DNA of 64,000 bases. Source: Octopus sinensis (Eukaryota). The stretch spans positions 55,428,001-55,492,000 of the forward strand of contig NC_043000.1 of the NCBI RefSeq assembly GCF_006345805.1, given 5' to 3'. This document shows positions 25,719-39,940 of this stretch, one piece after another. Under the pieces are notes generated by a model. The model worked only from the letters and a program-made list of their open reading frames with translations, made no database searches and was not told the origin of the DNA. The position numbers were made by a program, and so were the translations under genes. Within the stretch, counting starts at the first letter, position 1. Each line of letters begins with the position of its first letter.

Positions 25719-26855
25719 TCCTCTCAAGAGGAGACTCTACACTAAAACATTATCTATGCTTAAGCTAGATCAAAACACAATAAATCAAAACTTTAGAAAT
25801 CTTTGTTTCGTTTTAAATTGAAATATGCGTTATATAAGATTTGATAAAAATGTATAAGACACTGTGATTTCATACTGATTATGAAATACAAGTAAAAACA
25901 TTATATCCGCCTTGAAAAATGTACTAAAATTGGCGATGAACACATTTCAGATTTTAATGATGGTTATTGTTTAAACGTAACGTTTGTAAGAACTTCTATT
26001 TTTCCTATATCATTATAGAATTCAAATTTGATTTATTTATATGCTTATGTATTTTTTCAATATTTGTTAGCATGGTTTGCATTAGAGTTACAACTTCAAC
26101 AAAGCTGTAAAATGGCTGGACGGAAAAGTTTTGTTTTGTCTGATATTGTGCTATTGATTTTCATCTGCACATTGTACATTTTTAATGTTGGTTCTCTAAT
26201 TTCAACATTCTCATAACAATTGAAATATATGATTTCTTTTGTTTTAACCCTTTGCAACTTGCAAACATGTAAATTAAGAAAGCAGTACATTGCAATAATT
26301 TCCATTTTCGAGATACAAATATTTTAGATATTTGGATTTGGTTGACGGAAACTGAAAAATCACATGGTATTGAAACTTATGTGTATGTATAGTATTTGTA
26401 AGTTCATGTATTACTTCGCCTTCACGTTTGTCCGATTATTGTTAAAAATGGCCTCGCTTATTACATGGACGGCCGGTGCTGGTTTTTGCAGCTCATCGCA
26501 AAAGCACATTCAGGATTCTTGGTAAATGTTGACATCTTACAGGGTCTTTATAAACAAAAGGCTCATTCATACGATGTAGCACTTTTTAGTCTCCTTGTAA
26601 CCATGTTTGTAGTTCGATAACATGGAGAACTATTACTAGCTTGGAAATAGATCGGTTTGGCATAAGGAAAAACATCCGGCCAAAGAAAACTCTGCTCAAC
26701 ATATTTTCATCTGACCAATTCAAAGTTGAAAACTTAGACATTAAAATGATAATATATATGTTTTTCTGTGCGCGTGTGCGTGTAAGATGTTTGTTAAAAC
26801 ACATGAATGCTGTAAGGGAACAAGAAAAGTTTTCGATAATGATATGATAAAGGAG

Positions 26856-27053
26856 TCGTCGAGATGGCAGAATCGTGAGGCCGTCGGGCAAAATGCTTAG
26901 CAGCATTTCGTCGAAGCTTAAATGTCACCGGAGTCGACTTTCTCTTTCATTTCAGGGTCTATAAAATAAGTACCAGTTGAACACTAGGATCGAGATAATC
27001 GACTTACTGTCTCTCCAAAAATTGCTGACTTTGTGCCAAAATTTGAAACCAAT
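26856..27053 (+). mobile_element. SINE family A
   Basis: TGGCAGAATCGT A-box-like head, GGGCAAAATGCTTAGC, ATAAAATAAGTACCAGTTG and TGTGCCAAAATTTGAAACCAAT tail. Confidence 0.8.
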
Positions 27054-30000
27054 AATGGTATGCTAAAATATATAGAAGAGCACCAAAAGAAAACCATTAG
27101 ACAACGAGACAAGAAGAACATGGTTCAATTCTCCAAACACATATAAACATTTCCATGATTATAGTAAAGTGTTTTGTAACAGTAATATGATCACATGTCT
27201 TCTTGTTTCAAATCTAAAAGCTACTTCTCTGAAGGTTAGAAATATAAGCTTAAATAATATTTGATCCGTATGTATCCATCAATAAAAATCTAGTTAGAAT
27301 TTCTTTCACCAAAACGTTAGTTTATAGCTGTGTCCTTAAAATTAAAAACTTGTTGGAAGTTCTGCTCTAATTTTCATTTCTATATAACGATTTCATATTA
27401 GTGCCCATAGTATACCTCATTCGTTGCTTACTTTTGCATTTTAGAATACATAATCATATCAAATTAAAATTACGTTTGTTTATTCAAGAGAACTATGTTG
27501 TATAAGGTATAAAACGTAAACGATTAAAGTCTACAATTAGGCGTTTACTTTCTTGACATATTTTCTGTTCGATTATGTGGTAACTAAAAATCAAAACTGG
27601 CTTAGGTTTATTTTTTTCACTAAGGAAATATTTCGTATGAAAATATTTTTAATAAATTCATGTACCGAATTAAAGAATATAGAAAACTTAGATAGGAGGA
27701 AATGGAATAACATAAAGAAACAGAATTTTAGAATTGTTAGACATCAGTTACCAATCTTTTTGTTTTTGTCTGTGTATAGACAATATTCGTCCACTGTGAT
27801 ATTAAATGTAATTACTATAAAAGCTAACTAGCTGCTTATAAAGGAATTGACGTATTCAAAATGAATTGTAGGCTAATTTCATGGTTTAATAGCGAATTAA
27901 TAGCTGTAGTTTCACAGAATTCTACACTTTATTGTTAGTATTGTTGATATGTATTTTTTTGTTCTTTTGTTTTTACTTTGCTCCACTTTTTCTCCCAAAA
28001 GAATACGTTTCTTGGAAGAAAAACCTTCTTAATCCCACTAGCTTTTCCTATTGACAAGTAGAATACGACTGTAATGTACTTAGAAATGTTACAACCAGAC
28101 TGATGGTAATTAAAACTGTTCAGCAGATTTATTATATTTATACTGACAGAGAATTTTGAAACATTGGTAATTTACGAATCATCATTACAACGTAGGCTTA
28201 GTTTCAAAAGCTAATTATATGTGTGTCTCATTATAGCCGACTTTCTGTCTACCAGATTATCGTCTGATAAATACAAATACTATATACGGAAGCATCAATT
28301 ACTGATGTGGATTACTTGTGAGGCTAAACGTGCGAATACAATGTTTTAGACTAATATCATTTCGAAAAGCAAAGCCTATTTATAGAGAATTAAGAAAACT
28401 CAGTTTTATTGAATAGAAAAATAAAAACGTGTGATATCTTACAAAGAAAATATTGACATAATTGAATTAAAATAGATTGAGCAAAGAAATAAATATACAG
28501 TTATCTTAGAGAAAAACAATATTTATTTGAAGCCATTATGACCAAGCATAGGTTATAGAAAAGATGATACTAATTTGCTAGGTATAGGCTAACTCGGTTG
28601 ATGTAATATCTCCCTTACGTCTTACAGTAATTATCGCAGTTATCAGCCAGTACTGAGGGCATTGCTATTTCATAAAATTTGTGCTTTCTGATTCTATAAT
28701 AATGTTCCCTAAAAAAATATTTACTTCCTTTGATTAAATTAAACATTTGATTAAATTAAACGAAATGGGTTAACAAGCAAATTTCTTTCAACAGTTGCCA
28801 TATTTATATATTCATATTGCATATTGTATTTAACATAATTAAAATTTTGAACGTCTTCATGTTTTTATCAATTGAAAAATAATGATAATTATGATGGAAG
28901 AATAGCACAGTTATTTCAAGCACCAGTTTATTTTAAACAACAGTTTATAGGAACACAGAATTTTTCAAGGAAATATATTGCAAATTCATTTCCAAGCTCC
29001 CTGTTTATTATTAGAATATAAATGCAATTATGAGAAAATAAAGATTCACTTAGAGGAAACGTATATTTCTACAAAAGCTTATATACAATATTTCTTTCCT
29101 TTAGCGCAAAAGACCGAATGCTCTTAAAGGAAAAAACGATTTTAACAACCTATGGAACAATGGTAACACCACAACTTTAAAGGGCTATCTGATCATTAAT
29201 ACTGTTTACATGTGGTATCCAAAATGGTATAAATATTTACATATTTTATGACTGGCATTCGTTGTCCTAAAAACCTGGAATCACAAATTAGCCTCTACTG
29301 CGTGTCAACATAATATTTTAACAAATAATTGAATTTTCTCCAATTTTAAAGATCTTCCGCCAAAAAATTTCCTCGTAATGACCTGACAGTTTTTGTACTT
29401 CTCATGATAATCTACGTTTGGCATTCTCTAAGAAATAATGGATGCCATATTAGTCAATATATTGTGGTTACATTATTTCTCTTTTAAATTTGCTTTCTCT
29501 ATGGCGTATTTGCCGATTGGAGAGGCGCATTCTTGGCATTTCCCTACATACATATTCTTTGTTTTTTTGCATATATTAACTGAGTCTTAATTAGGCAACA
29601 CATTTAAATAACAAAAATCAAATGATGTTTGAAAATCATTTTTATATCTTTTCTTAATAAATATTAAATTTTCGACAAATATTCCACCGAAAATTTTAGG
29701 AAAATAAAAATAAGAAATAAGTGGAAATTTTACCGGTGAGTGTGTTAAATAATAAGGCACTAAAACGGAATGACTCTCCCCAGACACAACAGATTCCACC
29801 TTTTATACAACTATTATATTTTCCTTCTACAAAAGGATTTCTACAAAAAATAGCTTCTATCAATAAGTCTTTCGATTAAATTGTCTTTTGACTTATATGC
29901 TTCCTACTCTTCAGATTTTGACGATTAGGATTTCCACAAATACTTCTAATACGTCTGTGAGTGTGTGAAATGTATACACAAATAATCCTGATTTTACTTA

Positions 30001-30686
30001 AAATATAGCTCTTTCTAGAGACTGAGATGTGACATAAATCTGATTTGCATTTTTGTGCGTATCTGATCAAAAGTTGTTGGTCTATGATGTATCCAAATGT
30101 ATAACTCATAGAGTATTTATGATGTTTCTTCCGTGCATTTCATGCCCACTTAATGTAAACATTTGGTTACTGATTAAGGTGAGTGTAGCGAATGAATAAA
30201 ATCCCAAACTTGCTACATTGTGTGTCATTGATAAAAGAAAAGAAAGGCAGAATACTCGCGTCCGTGATTTTTATTATGCCACACCTACAGAAGAGTGTTG
30301 TTAATGTCCCTTTCAAAATGCGAATACAGCGGTAATTTCTGGCGAATTTATAAGTGCTTTGTAATCACTCGATATTGGTATCAATATAACATTTAAAAGG
30401 CTGAAAGAGTAACTAAACGTGGTATTATGTAAGCTCCATCGATGAATTTGGTCCAAATTTGAAATGTATAACACACTTCAATTGCACACTTTTCTTCCAT
30501 GTTCATCCAGGTGTCTTTGAAAATTACTTGGCATTTGTTAATTCTCTCTTTAAAACTTTTAGTTACCTTTTGCTCATTCTAGTTGTACGTGTCTCTAAAA
30601 TCTGATTCACGCTGGCGTTTTTTTTTATTTGTTTAATTCTTTTTACACCATCAGTAAATTTGAAGCAATTATATAAACTTCGCTCT

Positions 30687-30890
30687 TGGCAGAATCGTTA
30701 GACCGTCAGACAATATACTTAGCAGAATTTAGTTTGTCTTCACGTTCTCAGTTCAAATTCTGCCGAGGTCGACTTTTCTTTTATCCTTTTGGTGTCAATA
30801 AAATAAGTATTAATCAAACACAAAGGTCGTTGTAATCGACTTACCCCGTCTCCCAACTCAGCTGGCCTTGCGCCCAAATTTTAAAATAAT
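30687..30890 (+). mobile_element. SINE family A
   Basis: TGGCAGAATCGTTAG, AGTTCAAATTCTGCCGAGGTCGACTTT, ATAAAATAAGTA. Confidence 0.8.
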
Positions 30891-30910
30891 ACTATAAGAT
30901 TCGCTCTAAA

Positions 30911-31116
30911 GCGCTGAGTTGCCAGAATCGGTAATACGCCGGGAAAAATACTTGCCGGCATTTCGTCCGTCCTTACGTTCTGAGTTCGAATTCCGCAGAT
31001 ATCGACTTTGCCTTTCATCCTTTAGATGTCGAGAAATTAAGTACCGGTTGAGTAACGCGTGCGATATAATCGACTTAGACCAATCCCGAAATTGCTAGTC
31101 TTGAGCCAAAATTTGG
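30911..31116 (+). mobile_element. SINE family A, tandem with the previous copy
   Basis: CAGAATCGGTAATACGCCGGG, GAGTTCGAATTCCGC, GACTTTGCCTTTCATCC, TAAGTACC. Confidence 0.8.
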
Positions 31117-31380
31117 TTTCACTGATTCTAGAATCGTGAAAAAAGATACATGACAATATTTTCCGTTGAGGTATGCTATTTTGTTTTGCTTGCCATAGTG
31201 TCAGAACATCAATTAAATTGGCTTCGTGTGGCCTATCATCTATTACGAATGATGGATAACATGTCGATGGGTGTATCGTTAAATCTTTCTAGTTGTACAT
31301 CACAAATACTTCTATCGGAAAAAGTTTTGCGCATCATTTTGGCTAAATTAAAGGTGATATTGTGTTTATATAATTATAAA

Positions 31381-31617
31381 CTGGGTTGGTGCATAATTAT
31401 TGCGGTTTGTTTTCAACAAATTATGTTTAACAAAAACAACAATATTTAATAAAATGATGGTTTGACCGTCTTCCAACCAAATGGGAAGCAGCAATTGAAG
31501 AAGATGGTGAATATACTCCGGAATAATCATTTAAATATACTTTTGTTACCTATTGTTATTGTTATTGTTTTTGTTGAATATAATTTGTTGATAAAGCCGC
31601 AATAATTATGCACCAAC

Positions 31618-31621
<4 letters not shown>
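31381..31621 (+). mobile_element. Mariner-derived MITE (internal deletion derivative)
   Basis: TIRs TGGGTTGGTGCATAATTATTGCGG and CCGCAATAATTATGCACCAACCCA followed by TA, similar to the Hsmar1-type TIR. Retains transposase C-terminus FDRLPTKWEAAIEEDGEYTPE* at 31461-31526. Confidence 0.85.
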
Positions 31622-31657
<36 letters not shown>

Positions 31658-34600
31658 CTTTCGGGTGACACGAATATATAGTAGGTACTATTCCAAGCTT
31701 GTAATTCTGTTGTGTACGTCCATCGCAATTCTTGCATTTTCGTTCATTAATGAAATATCTAAAAATATTTAGTTTCTCTTGTCTATATTCCACTTAGAAT
31801 TGAAGATATGTATGTCATTAATTGATATATTCAATTCATTTAAATTCCCTATACTTTTATTCCATGGAAATCAGACATCATAAAATCTTTGATTTATTTT
31901 TTTAATTCTGTTTTCTTTATTGACTGCATTTCAGTATTATTCTAGCCTTTCTTCATAGACTGTAAATTCCAAATATCGAAAATATAAGCCACATATCAAT
32001 CGTGATATTATTAGCCATCAGGAATGTGTAGCAGAAGTTAGCTGACGCTTAGTTGGGTCTGAAACTTAGTAAAATTAACATGTGAAACGAACTAAATTAC
32101 TTTACTGCTGATACCTGTCATAACAGAATTAAATTCAAATTTAATTTCCGATTTCTTATACGTGTGTGACATTCCACCAAAATAAAAGTTCACTTCGACT
32201 ACCACATAACTCAATTACTAAAATATAACTAGCAAAAGTGATTCTACGAACAGAGTGAAAACAGTAAAAGTGTTAGAAATAACAAACAACTCGGCTTCAA
32301 AACACTCAGATAAAACTACGTTAAAAGCTTTGATCCTAAATTACCTGCACGAAGGAAAAAGACGTGATTTTCATGTAATGCCTTTAATTATAGATCTTCT
32401 CAATAAGAACATACCTCATGCTAAACACCAAGAGCACCTTTGGTAGAAATAAACTATTCTCAAAGGATTATTACTTCTGCATACTTACAGATTTAACTCT
32501 TCTAGTGTAATAAACTATCTTTAGGTCAGCGGAGATATATATCAAATATATTCCAAACATAGTAACGAGTTTTATTTTGTCTCTGTTAAGAAAAGGAGAA
32601 ATTAAATGATTTTACTCATTTTATTTTTGCCTAAGTGTTTGGTGTATATTAGGCTATTACATGTATAACAGTTTTAACGCGATAAATTATTCGCTGAATG
32701 AAATTTCTCTGAAGTGATACATACATATGTATACCTGAATGATGATGATGTTGATGATGATTACGACGATGATGATGATGAGGAGGAGGAGGAGGAATAC
32801 GATGATGACGATAACTATGAGCAGTCTTTCTACTATTCGAGGAAAAGAGACTATTCATGTCTGTGGAATGTTAACAATGGTGCAGACTCATGTAGATATA
32901 AACAAGTCTTGGCTACTTTACTTCCGCCAAACTGGTAATATCCAATTGAAGGAATGTAATGCCTACATACACATTATCATTATCTCATATTAACATCCAT
33001 AATTGTTTTCTTTATCCTTTTCTAACTTTCAATTCTACAGATTTGTATCTCTTTCTACTTCACTTACTACTTTGGGCTTTCTCAATATCTTACAACTTAA
33101 CAATTCTACCCCGCTTCTCTCTATCACTACTACTTCTATTACTGGTCATATATTTCTAGAATTTTCTTTATATCTATCTGCCCTTTTCAGAATCTCCTCT
33201 TCTACTGTTAGAATATTGAACAGCTTTTTGCTCCCACTTCAATTAATCACAGTTATTAGGAAATTTTGTTATTGGCAAAATGTCCTACTCAATTGGCGCC
33301 AAGTAACCAGCCTTTGATACCATTTGAAAACACTCAAATTAATAGAATATCAGTTTTACACTTTGTTTGTTACGGATCAGTCTGTAATTCAGGAAGGACG
33401 CCGAAGCAACGTTTTCACACGGCAGTCTTTTGTGGACAGCCATATTTAGTTACAGCGATATTTAGTTACTTCAATACGTGCAACTAACAAAAAGTTTATT
33501 TTGCCTTACCTCGTGCAGCTGTTTACGCAGGCATTACTTTCATTCTTTTTGTTATGCTAATAGCTTTGCGTTTATTTGTTTACCTCCTCATTGTAATATA
33601 TAATCTGATGACTCATGTTAAAGTGAAAAGTATTTTCTTTTAAAATTCATTAAATTCTAGTTGAATATCAAATACCATTTCAACAGAGAAACATAAATAA
33701 AGACACGAAGTGACATAACAAGTGTCAACGCGTATAAGTTACTCAATGTAGATCGACACATTATTCGAAGTACTGTATTTATTTAGAAACATAAAACCTC
33801 TACTAAATTGAGAAGCATTACGTATTTTTCATATGATGTTTTACAGCTTATTTTCCTTATAAGTCAACATTTCTATGTTTTGTAGTTCTTTATACTAAAT
33901 AAACAGCGATTAACCATAAAATCAGAGCGCCCCGGCCGTATCTATCCCATCTTTTATTCGGTCAGCGTGTCCAGGAGTTCAACTATCTAATATAGCTAAG
34001 ACAGAAAACTCTAATTCAAAGAAGATTGTCTTCTATGACTCATGTAAGCTCTTCTTTACTGTCTTTATTTATTCTTCTGTTAATTATTAAATACTCAAGT
34101 ACACACATTCTGAAATGTCTTTTACTTTATTAATTTCTTTCCTTATTTCAGAAACTAAATGTCAGAAATTATACAAATATTTCTGGCATTCGCTATTAAA
34201 CTTATGATTACAGCTGACAATTCCCACATGCAAAGAGTTCAGATATCAACATAAATTTGTTTTTATTTAAGAAATCCCACCAGAATTTAAAACAAGAAGA
34301 GAAAAGATCACCAAAACAATCTCGAGGTAAAGAAAATTAGTTTAAAATATAAACCATCTAAATAAAGTAACAGACCCGAGAAAATTATAAAAGAATACAG
34401 GAAATATTTATCTAGAAAAAGTACATTTGCAAATTATAGAAAGGTTGGAAGGAATATAATAAATTTATTAGGGTAGTATTTTAAAATGCAGACATGTACG
34501 GTAATTGCCGTCAATAACCATGCTATTCACGTAATATGATACATTTACGCATTTTCCAATGATATCCCCAATTTCTTCGGCTGCAAAGTTATATTTCATA

Positions 34601-35347
34601 ATTTTTTTCAAAATACTATTATGATGTAACAATGATAATTTTTAACTGAATCACAGGTTCATATATTTTGTAAGCAGCTGAGTGAATCGGTTAGCATGAA
34701 CGAGTAAACGGTTTATCGCTTTTGAAAGACTTAAAGGAAAAGTCACCTCATTCGATGATATTCGAACTCAAAATATCATAGACCGTAAATAATATACGAC
34801 AAACCCTTTTGTCTGCTCTACTGTAGTGAATTTGTCAATCTACATTATAAATGATAACGTCCCATTTATCTCTTAATTCAATAATAAATTATTTGCATTG
34901 TATGCCATGACATTATTTGCCAATGTTATCTCTCGCGGATACTAATATTCGCAATAAAGATTATATAAAAAGGAATATGTAAATACTAGACAATTGATAT
35001 AAATAATAACCGAAATATCTAAAATGAAAAGTGAATAAGTGATTTCGAAAATAAATGTCCGCCATACTTATTGTATTTCAATAAAGAATTTCAGTAAAAA
35101 ATATATCAACTCTTTATCATGCAACAATAGGTTTTGTGGAAGAATTAATTTTAATGCATTACAAAGAGCTTTTTAATATTGTGTATCGCATTATTTATTT
35201 AATAAATGCATTTTAGTTACATATTTGAAGCTGTAAAGGGAAATATTTTTGAGACAAAATGGTAATTTAGATATTGAAATAAAACAACAATGCTAGCTTA
35301 TTTACAAAAAGAGAACTACTATGTACAGATACATGTTTGAATGTGTG

Positions 35348-35397
<50 letters not shown>

Positions 35398-35619
35398 TGT
35401 CATATACGAGTGAATGCGATGCATACATACATACACAAACATATACATACATACAAACGCAGTGAAGGCACGTAGCCTAGTGATGTACTATATTGGTGTT
35501 GCACTCACGATCGCAATATTGTGGTTTCAATTTCCACTTTCAGTTCCGTCATTCTGCGTCTACAATTTCTAATTATCCTTTTATTGACTAACAAGTGATC
35601 TTATGTTACCCTACTTTAT

Positions 35620-36595
35620 TTCCTGCATCCATTCTGTTCTTCTGGTAGTAGATTGTTGCATTCCAAAAGGTTGTAATATTCTTCCGACAATACACCAGTC
35701 ATAAAAAGTTTATAGGTCGAAAATATTTGATGCTAAGTACTATTTCAAGCGATCCTTGAGGCATAGCAGCATCCGTCCACTTATCATCCAGACAGAGATG
35801 TGACCTTGCTGCAGGCAATTATCCAATTGCGCAGTGGTCCTTTCATGCAATTATATAAAGTTTTCAGCCAATAGCCTCGTACTCCATCCGGGCATAGTCC
35901 TTTCCAGTTTGCTACTGTTTTCAACTTCTGTCTCACTGTATATAGACTAATTCTGTCCTTTTGTCTTGGTACAGTTGCAAGTTGTCTTTTCACCTTCGTT
36001 AGCCACTCTGAGCTTTCTTTAGGCCTCGCCAGCTTCTTCCACAGCCCTCCCCCAAATTCTATAGTTTCTTCCGCATCTGGAATCAGCTCCTGGTGTTGGT
36101 CTCTCTCTATTTCCTCAAATAAACGCCTTTGTTTGGAACAGTCTATTCTGTTCGAAACCTTTGCATTTAACATCATATCTTTTAAATTTGACCTTTAATA
36201 CTGTTACCTTTTGTGTCAATGCTTCATGTACTGTTTGTCTTCCCTTTTCTTCTAGTATCTACTGTCCATTAAATTTTCTGATTACTAAATTATCTTTGAG
36301 TTCCCTCGCAATATCCTATTCAATTGCTCCAGTTATTTCCGTGTCTTTTCCGTCTTCATTTGTATTCTCTTCCTCCAGTTTGGTTCTTTCTTTTCGTTTA
36401 CTTTTATACCTTCAATTTATCGCTTGTAGCTACATTAGCTGCAGCTGTGGTTAGCTGGTTTGTATCAGGGATGCTTTGTTTTAATCAAATAGCTTAAAAT
36501 GTCATTTACTTTGCCTGTGGTTCTCCTCACTTTTCTATGTCCATATATTTGACATTTGGTGAGATTTTATTGTTTCTATCCAACATTTTAGGCCA
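35620..36595 (-). mobile_element. R4/Dong-like retrotransposon fragment (region just upstream of and entering the RT domain)
   Basis: ORF 35784-36176 reads KQRRLFEEIE..IPDAEETIEF..LW..NWKGLCPDGVRGYWLK; its 5' side abuts a (TAA)n tract. Confidence 0.75.
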
Positions 36596-36658
36596 TTATT
36601 ATTATTATTGTTATTATTATTATTATTATTATTATTGAGTGAGAGAGCAGTTCATGCC

Positions 36659-36694
<36 letters not shown>

Positions 36695-36751
36695 TACTAC
36701 TACTATTATTCCTTCGTAAAATAGTGTAGGTAAAAATGCACCTGAGTCTAC

Positions 36752-36800
<49 letters not shown>

Positions 36801-36822
36801 TAATAATCATAATAATAATAAT

Positions 36823-37318
36823 ATTTTTACTATTTTCTTTTGTTGTAGCATCTGGAGTCTTGAATGCGAAGCGGGTATACTACCTGCAGCTTACGATACC
36901 ATGGTATTCGTTCTTTTCAGCTATCTAATATTTTCCTGAATATTCTGACCGTGCCAAGGAGGCAAAACATTTGTAACAATTTTAGTGGGCACTCTATTCC
37001 AGTTTCCCTTATATTCCTCTTGATATATTCTGATGCTGTTTCCAAGGACCAAACAATAACTGGCGCTATCTTCACATTCTTCATTTTCCATAGTAGGGCT
37101 ATTTCGTACTTAAGAGCGTTGTATCCATCTTGATTATTCGTGGGTCAAAGGCGCATGCAAAATTAGCTAAGCTATATAGCATATGTCGTGCACCTTGTCC
37201 ACCAATACTACGTCCGGTCTATCATACTCTAGCACCCGATCTGTTTGGATTGGGAAATTCCAGAGGATTTTGCTAGTGTCCGACTCTGCCACTCTCACTG
37301 GTTTGTGCTAATACCACT
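36823..37318 (-). mobile_element. R4/Dong-like 3' fragment (RLE domain plus 3' UTR)
   Basis: Minus frames read WY*HKPVRVAESDTSKILWNFPIQTDRVLEYDRPDVVLVDK and LLQMFCLLGTVRIFRKILDS*; bounded by TAA-type tracts. Confidence 0.8.
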
Positions 37319-37339
37319 ATATTATTATTATTACTATTA

Positions 37340-39940
37340 TTCTATGTTTGATTTTTGCTTTATGTTTGTACAAGTTGGCTCCAATTCTCACCCAGAGACC
37401 TTAAGAGACAACAGGTTGGAAGTTCACGTTGTTGTTATGCCTTACTTCCCAAGCTAACCTGTAATTTCTATCGGATTTTCTCTCTTATCGCATAACTTGT
37501 CAGCTGGGTATGCTATATCTATGATCCAACATCATTTGCTTTCTTACTCAATTAACACTATATCTTGTTTCCTATTCTCTATCTCATGGTCACACTGAAT
37601 CATAAAATCGCATAAGATCTTCGCATTATCATTTTCGGTGATGCCTTCGGGTTTATTTTATATTCGTACGACTTTTTTGCTCTGTCAAGTCCATACTTGT
37701 TGCAAAGTTTCCAATGCTATATTGTCATGACGTCTCTTATATTTTCTTTGGGCTAGTGGAGTACATTGACTGGTAATATGCCATTCGGTTTCCCAATTTT
37801 GTCCACAAATTCTGCACTTATCTCTTTCTGATGTATTGTCTATTCTGTATTTAATGTAATTTGTACTTAATGCTTGCTCTTGGGCAGCACAGATTAGAAT
37901 CCCCGTTTCCGGTTTTAAATCACTTTTAGCCATCCATAGCTATCTTTTTTCTCTGTCTTATCTTCAAAATCCCTATGAAATTGTCCATGCATTCTTTTCT
38001 TCATCCACATATTTTCAGTTTCATTCATTTCCACGTCCTTGTACTGTGCTTTATATTTGCAATTATTTCCAATAATAGTGGTTCTGTGGCTTATTTTATA
38101 TACCATGCTATATTGTTTTCTTATGCTCTAACAAGGTGTTCGTATCCAGTCACTCCTCTTCCCCCTCTTTTTCTTAGTACATACAATCTGTATGTGTTAC
38201 TTTTTGGGTGAGTATCCCATATCTAGTTAGCGACTTCCTTGTCTTTCTGTCTAAGTTGTTTAGTTGGTCTAACGTCCATGCGATTAACCCTGCTCCATAT
38301 CTAAGGAGTAAAACTACCCAGGTGCTGATAGCTTCAATCTTATCCCGTCCATTTAAATTTAACTTAATGATCTGTCTCAGTCTTTGTAAGTACTCCACCT
38401 TAAATCTTTCAGTCATTTCTTTCTGCATCAATTTATCAATTTCCAATATCCGCAAGTACTTATAGCCCGTCTCTTCTATCTGGTTCATAACCTCCCCCGT
38501 CGGTATCCTTATCTCGTCCATACATTTGATTTTGCCTCTCTTCATCCCTATCACACCACAATTTTTCATTCCAAACTCCATTCTGATATCAGCACTGAAA
38601 GTATACATCGTATCAACGTGGGAACTGACTTGTGATTCATCTTTACCATAAAAATTTGAGGTCATCCATGAACAAGTGGTTGACATTCGTTGGTGACTTT
38701 TGAATACTTACCCAACCATTGCTTTCCCCAAAATCAGTGTTAGTGGTACCATGCACAGTACAAGGCAGTCCCCTTGAAAGATGCCTCTCCTCATTTCTGT
38801 TGTCCCTAAACATCTTCCATATGCTGTCAGTTCCGTCCTCCACTTCACCATAATTTTCCAAGCAATCGCTCATCATTCGATGCAATACAAAATAGGTTCA
38901 TACGTTCCATAATCCAAGAATATGGGATCATATCGTATGCCTTACAATAATTTATCCATGACATAGCTAAGTTAGTTTTCTTCCTCTTGCATTCTCTAAG
39001 TACAGTTATGTCTAACAGGAGTTGATTGTTGGTGCCTCTGCACTTACGCTTGCAGCCCTTCTGCTCAAGAGGGAGAACTCCATTTTTCCAAATGTCCGTA
39101 CATTCACTCTGCCACTATTCCAGTCAATATTTTCCACATAAATGGCAATAATTTTCTATCGTATTGTCTTTTTTGATGTTTTACAAACTGAGCACTCTCC
39201 TACCTATTGTCAACCACTCTGGTGATACTTGGTCGGCATTTAACAAGGTGTTGAGTTATGCAGCTATTCGTGTATAACATTCACCAAATCTATTGATCCA
39301 GTAGCCTTGAACTCTATCTGGTCCATGGGCCTTCCAGCTGCCCGTGTTTTTGCCGATTCCTTCCCTTCCCTAACTGAAATGACTATTTCTGCTTGATTGT
39401 AACAGACTGCTGCTTGTTTCAGTTCTTGCAACCATTCCGCATCCTTCTTGTGCTCCAAGCCTTTCTCCAAATGTTACGCCAAAATCTTTGACTATCAATG
39501 TTGTATGGTATCAACTGTTCACCTGTACAGTCTCCATTTATTTCTTTGTAGAATCCCTTCTAATCTACTCTGAATAACCTTTTCTGTTTACAACCCTTCA
39601 TTATTTGGTCGTTCTGCTACGAGATTACATTTATCAGTAGGAACTGTATTTTCATCGTTTCTTCCGCAGCTGTTTTCCAATACCCATATTTCGATAGCTT
39701 CGAGCTCTACTTCTGTGAACATAATCTCTGTTCCGTGAGTTGAAACAATCATCATTCTCTCTAGTGATCATATATACGTTGTCGGTATCCCCTAAGTTGA
39801 ACACCATTTTTGTCTTCGGTGTTGCTCAGGCAGTAACATTCCATGACCACAGCATTGATTTTTTTGTTCTATCTACGCCTTGTGTGCTGGTTCCTTGCCG
39901 GATGGAGTCCGACCAGTATCTCCGAGCCTGCCGGGTGTAA
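37340..39940 (-). mobile_element. R4/Dong-like non-LTR retrotransposon (RT, CCHC finger, RLE), decayed and internally deleted
   Basis: NHLFMDDLK (RT catalytic motif), IRMEFGMKNC, YKYL, LRYGAGLIAW, MHGQF, AAQEQAL.TNY..CRICGQ..E..WHITSQC..RRHDNI, KILCDFMIQCDHEIENRK; the 3' end abuts (TAA)n. Confidence 0.88.

Noticed and set aside
26438-26527. Possible first coding exon (ATGGCC...TTG|GTAAAT)
   Set aside because: Short, no recognisable protein similarity and no partner exon; unsupported without RNA data.
27090-27150. RRTWFNSP, reminiscent of the Penelope WFNPP motif
   Set aside because: Too short and isolated to support a call.
29860-29918. Minus-strand CTGAAGA...GAAA
   Set aside because: No credible stem II or stem III; likely chance in AT-rich DNA.
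33601-33635. CTGATGA...GAAA hammerhead-like spacing
   Set aside because: Stem II does not pair and stem III is absent.
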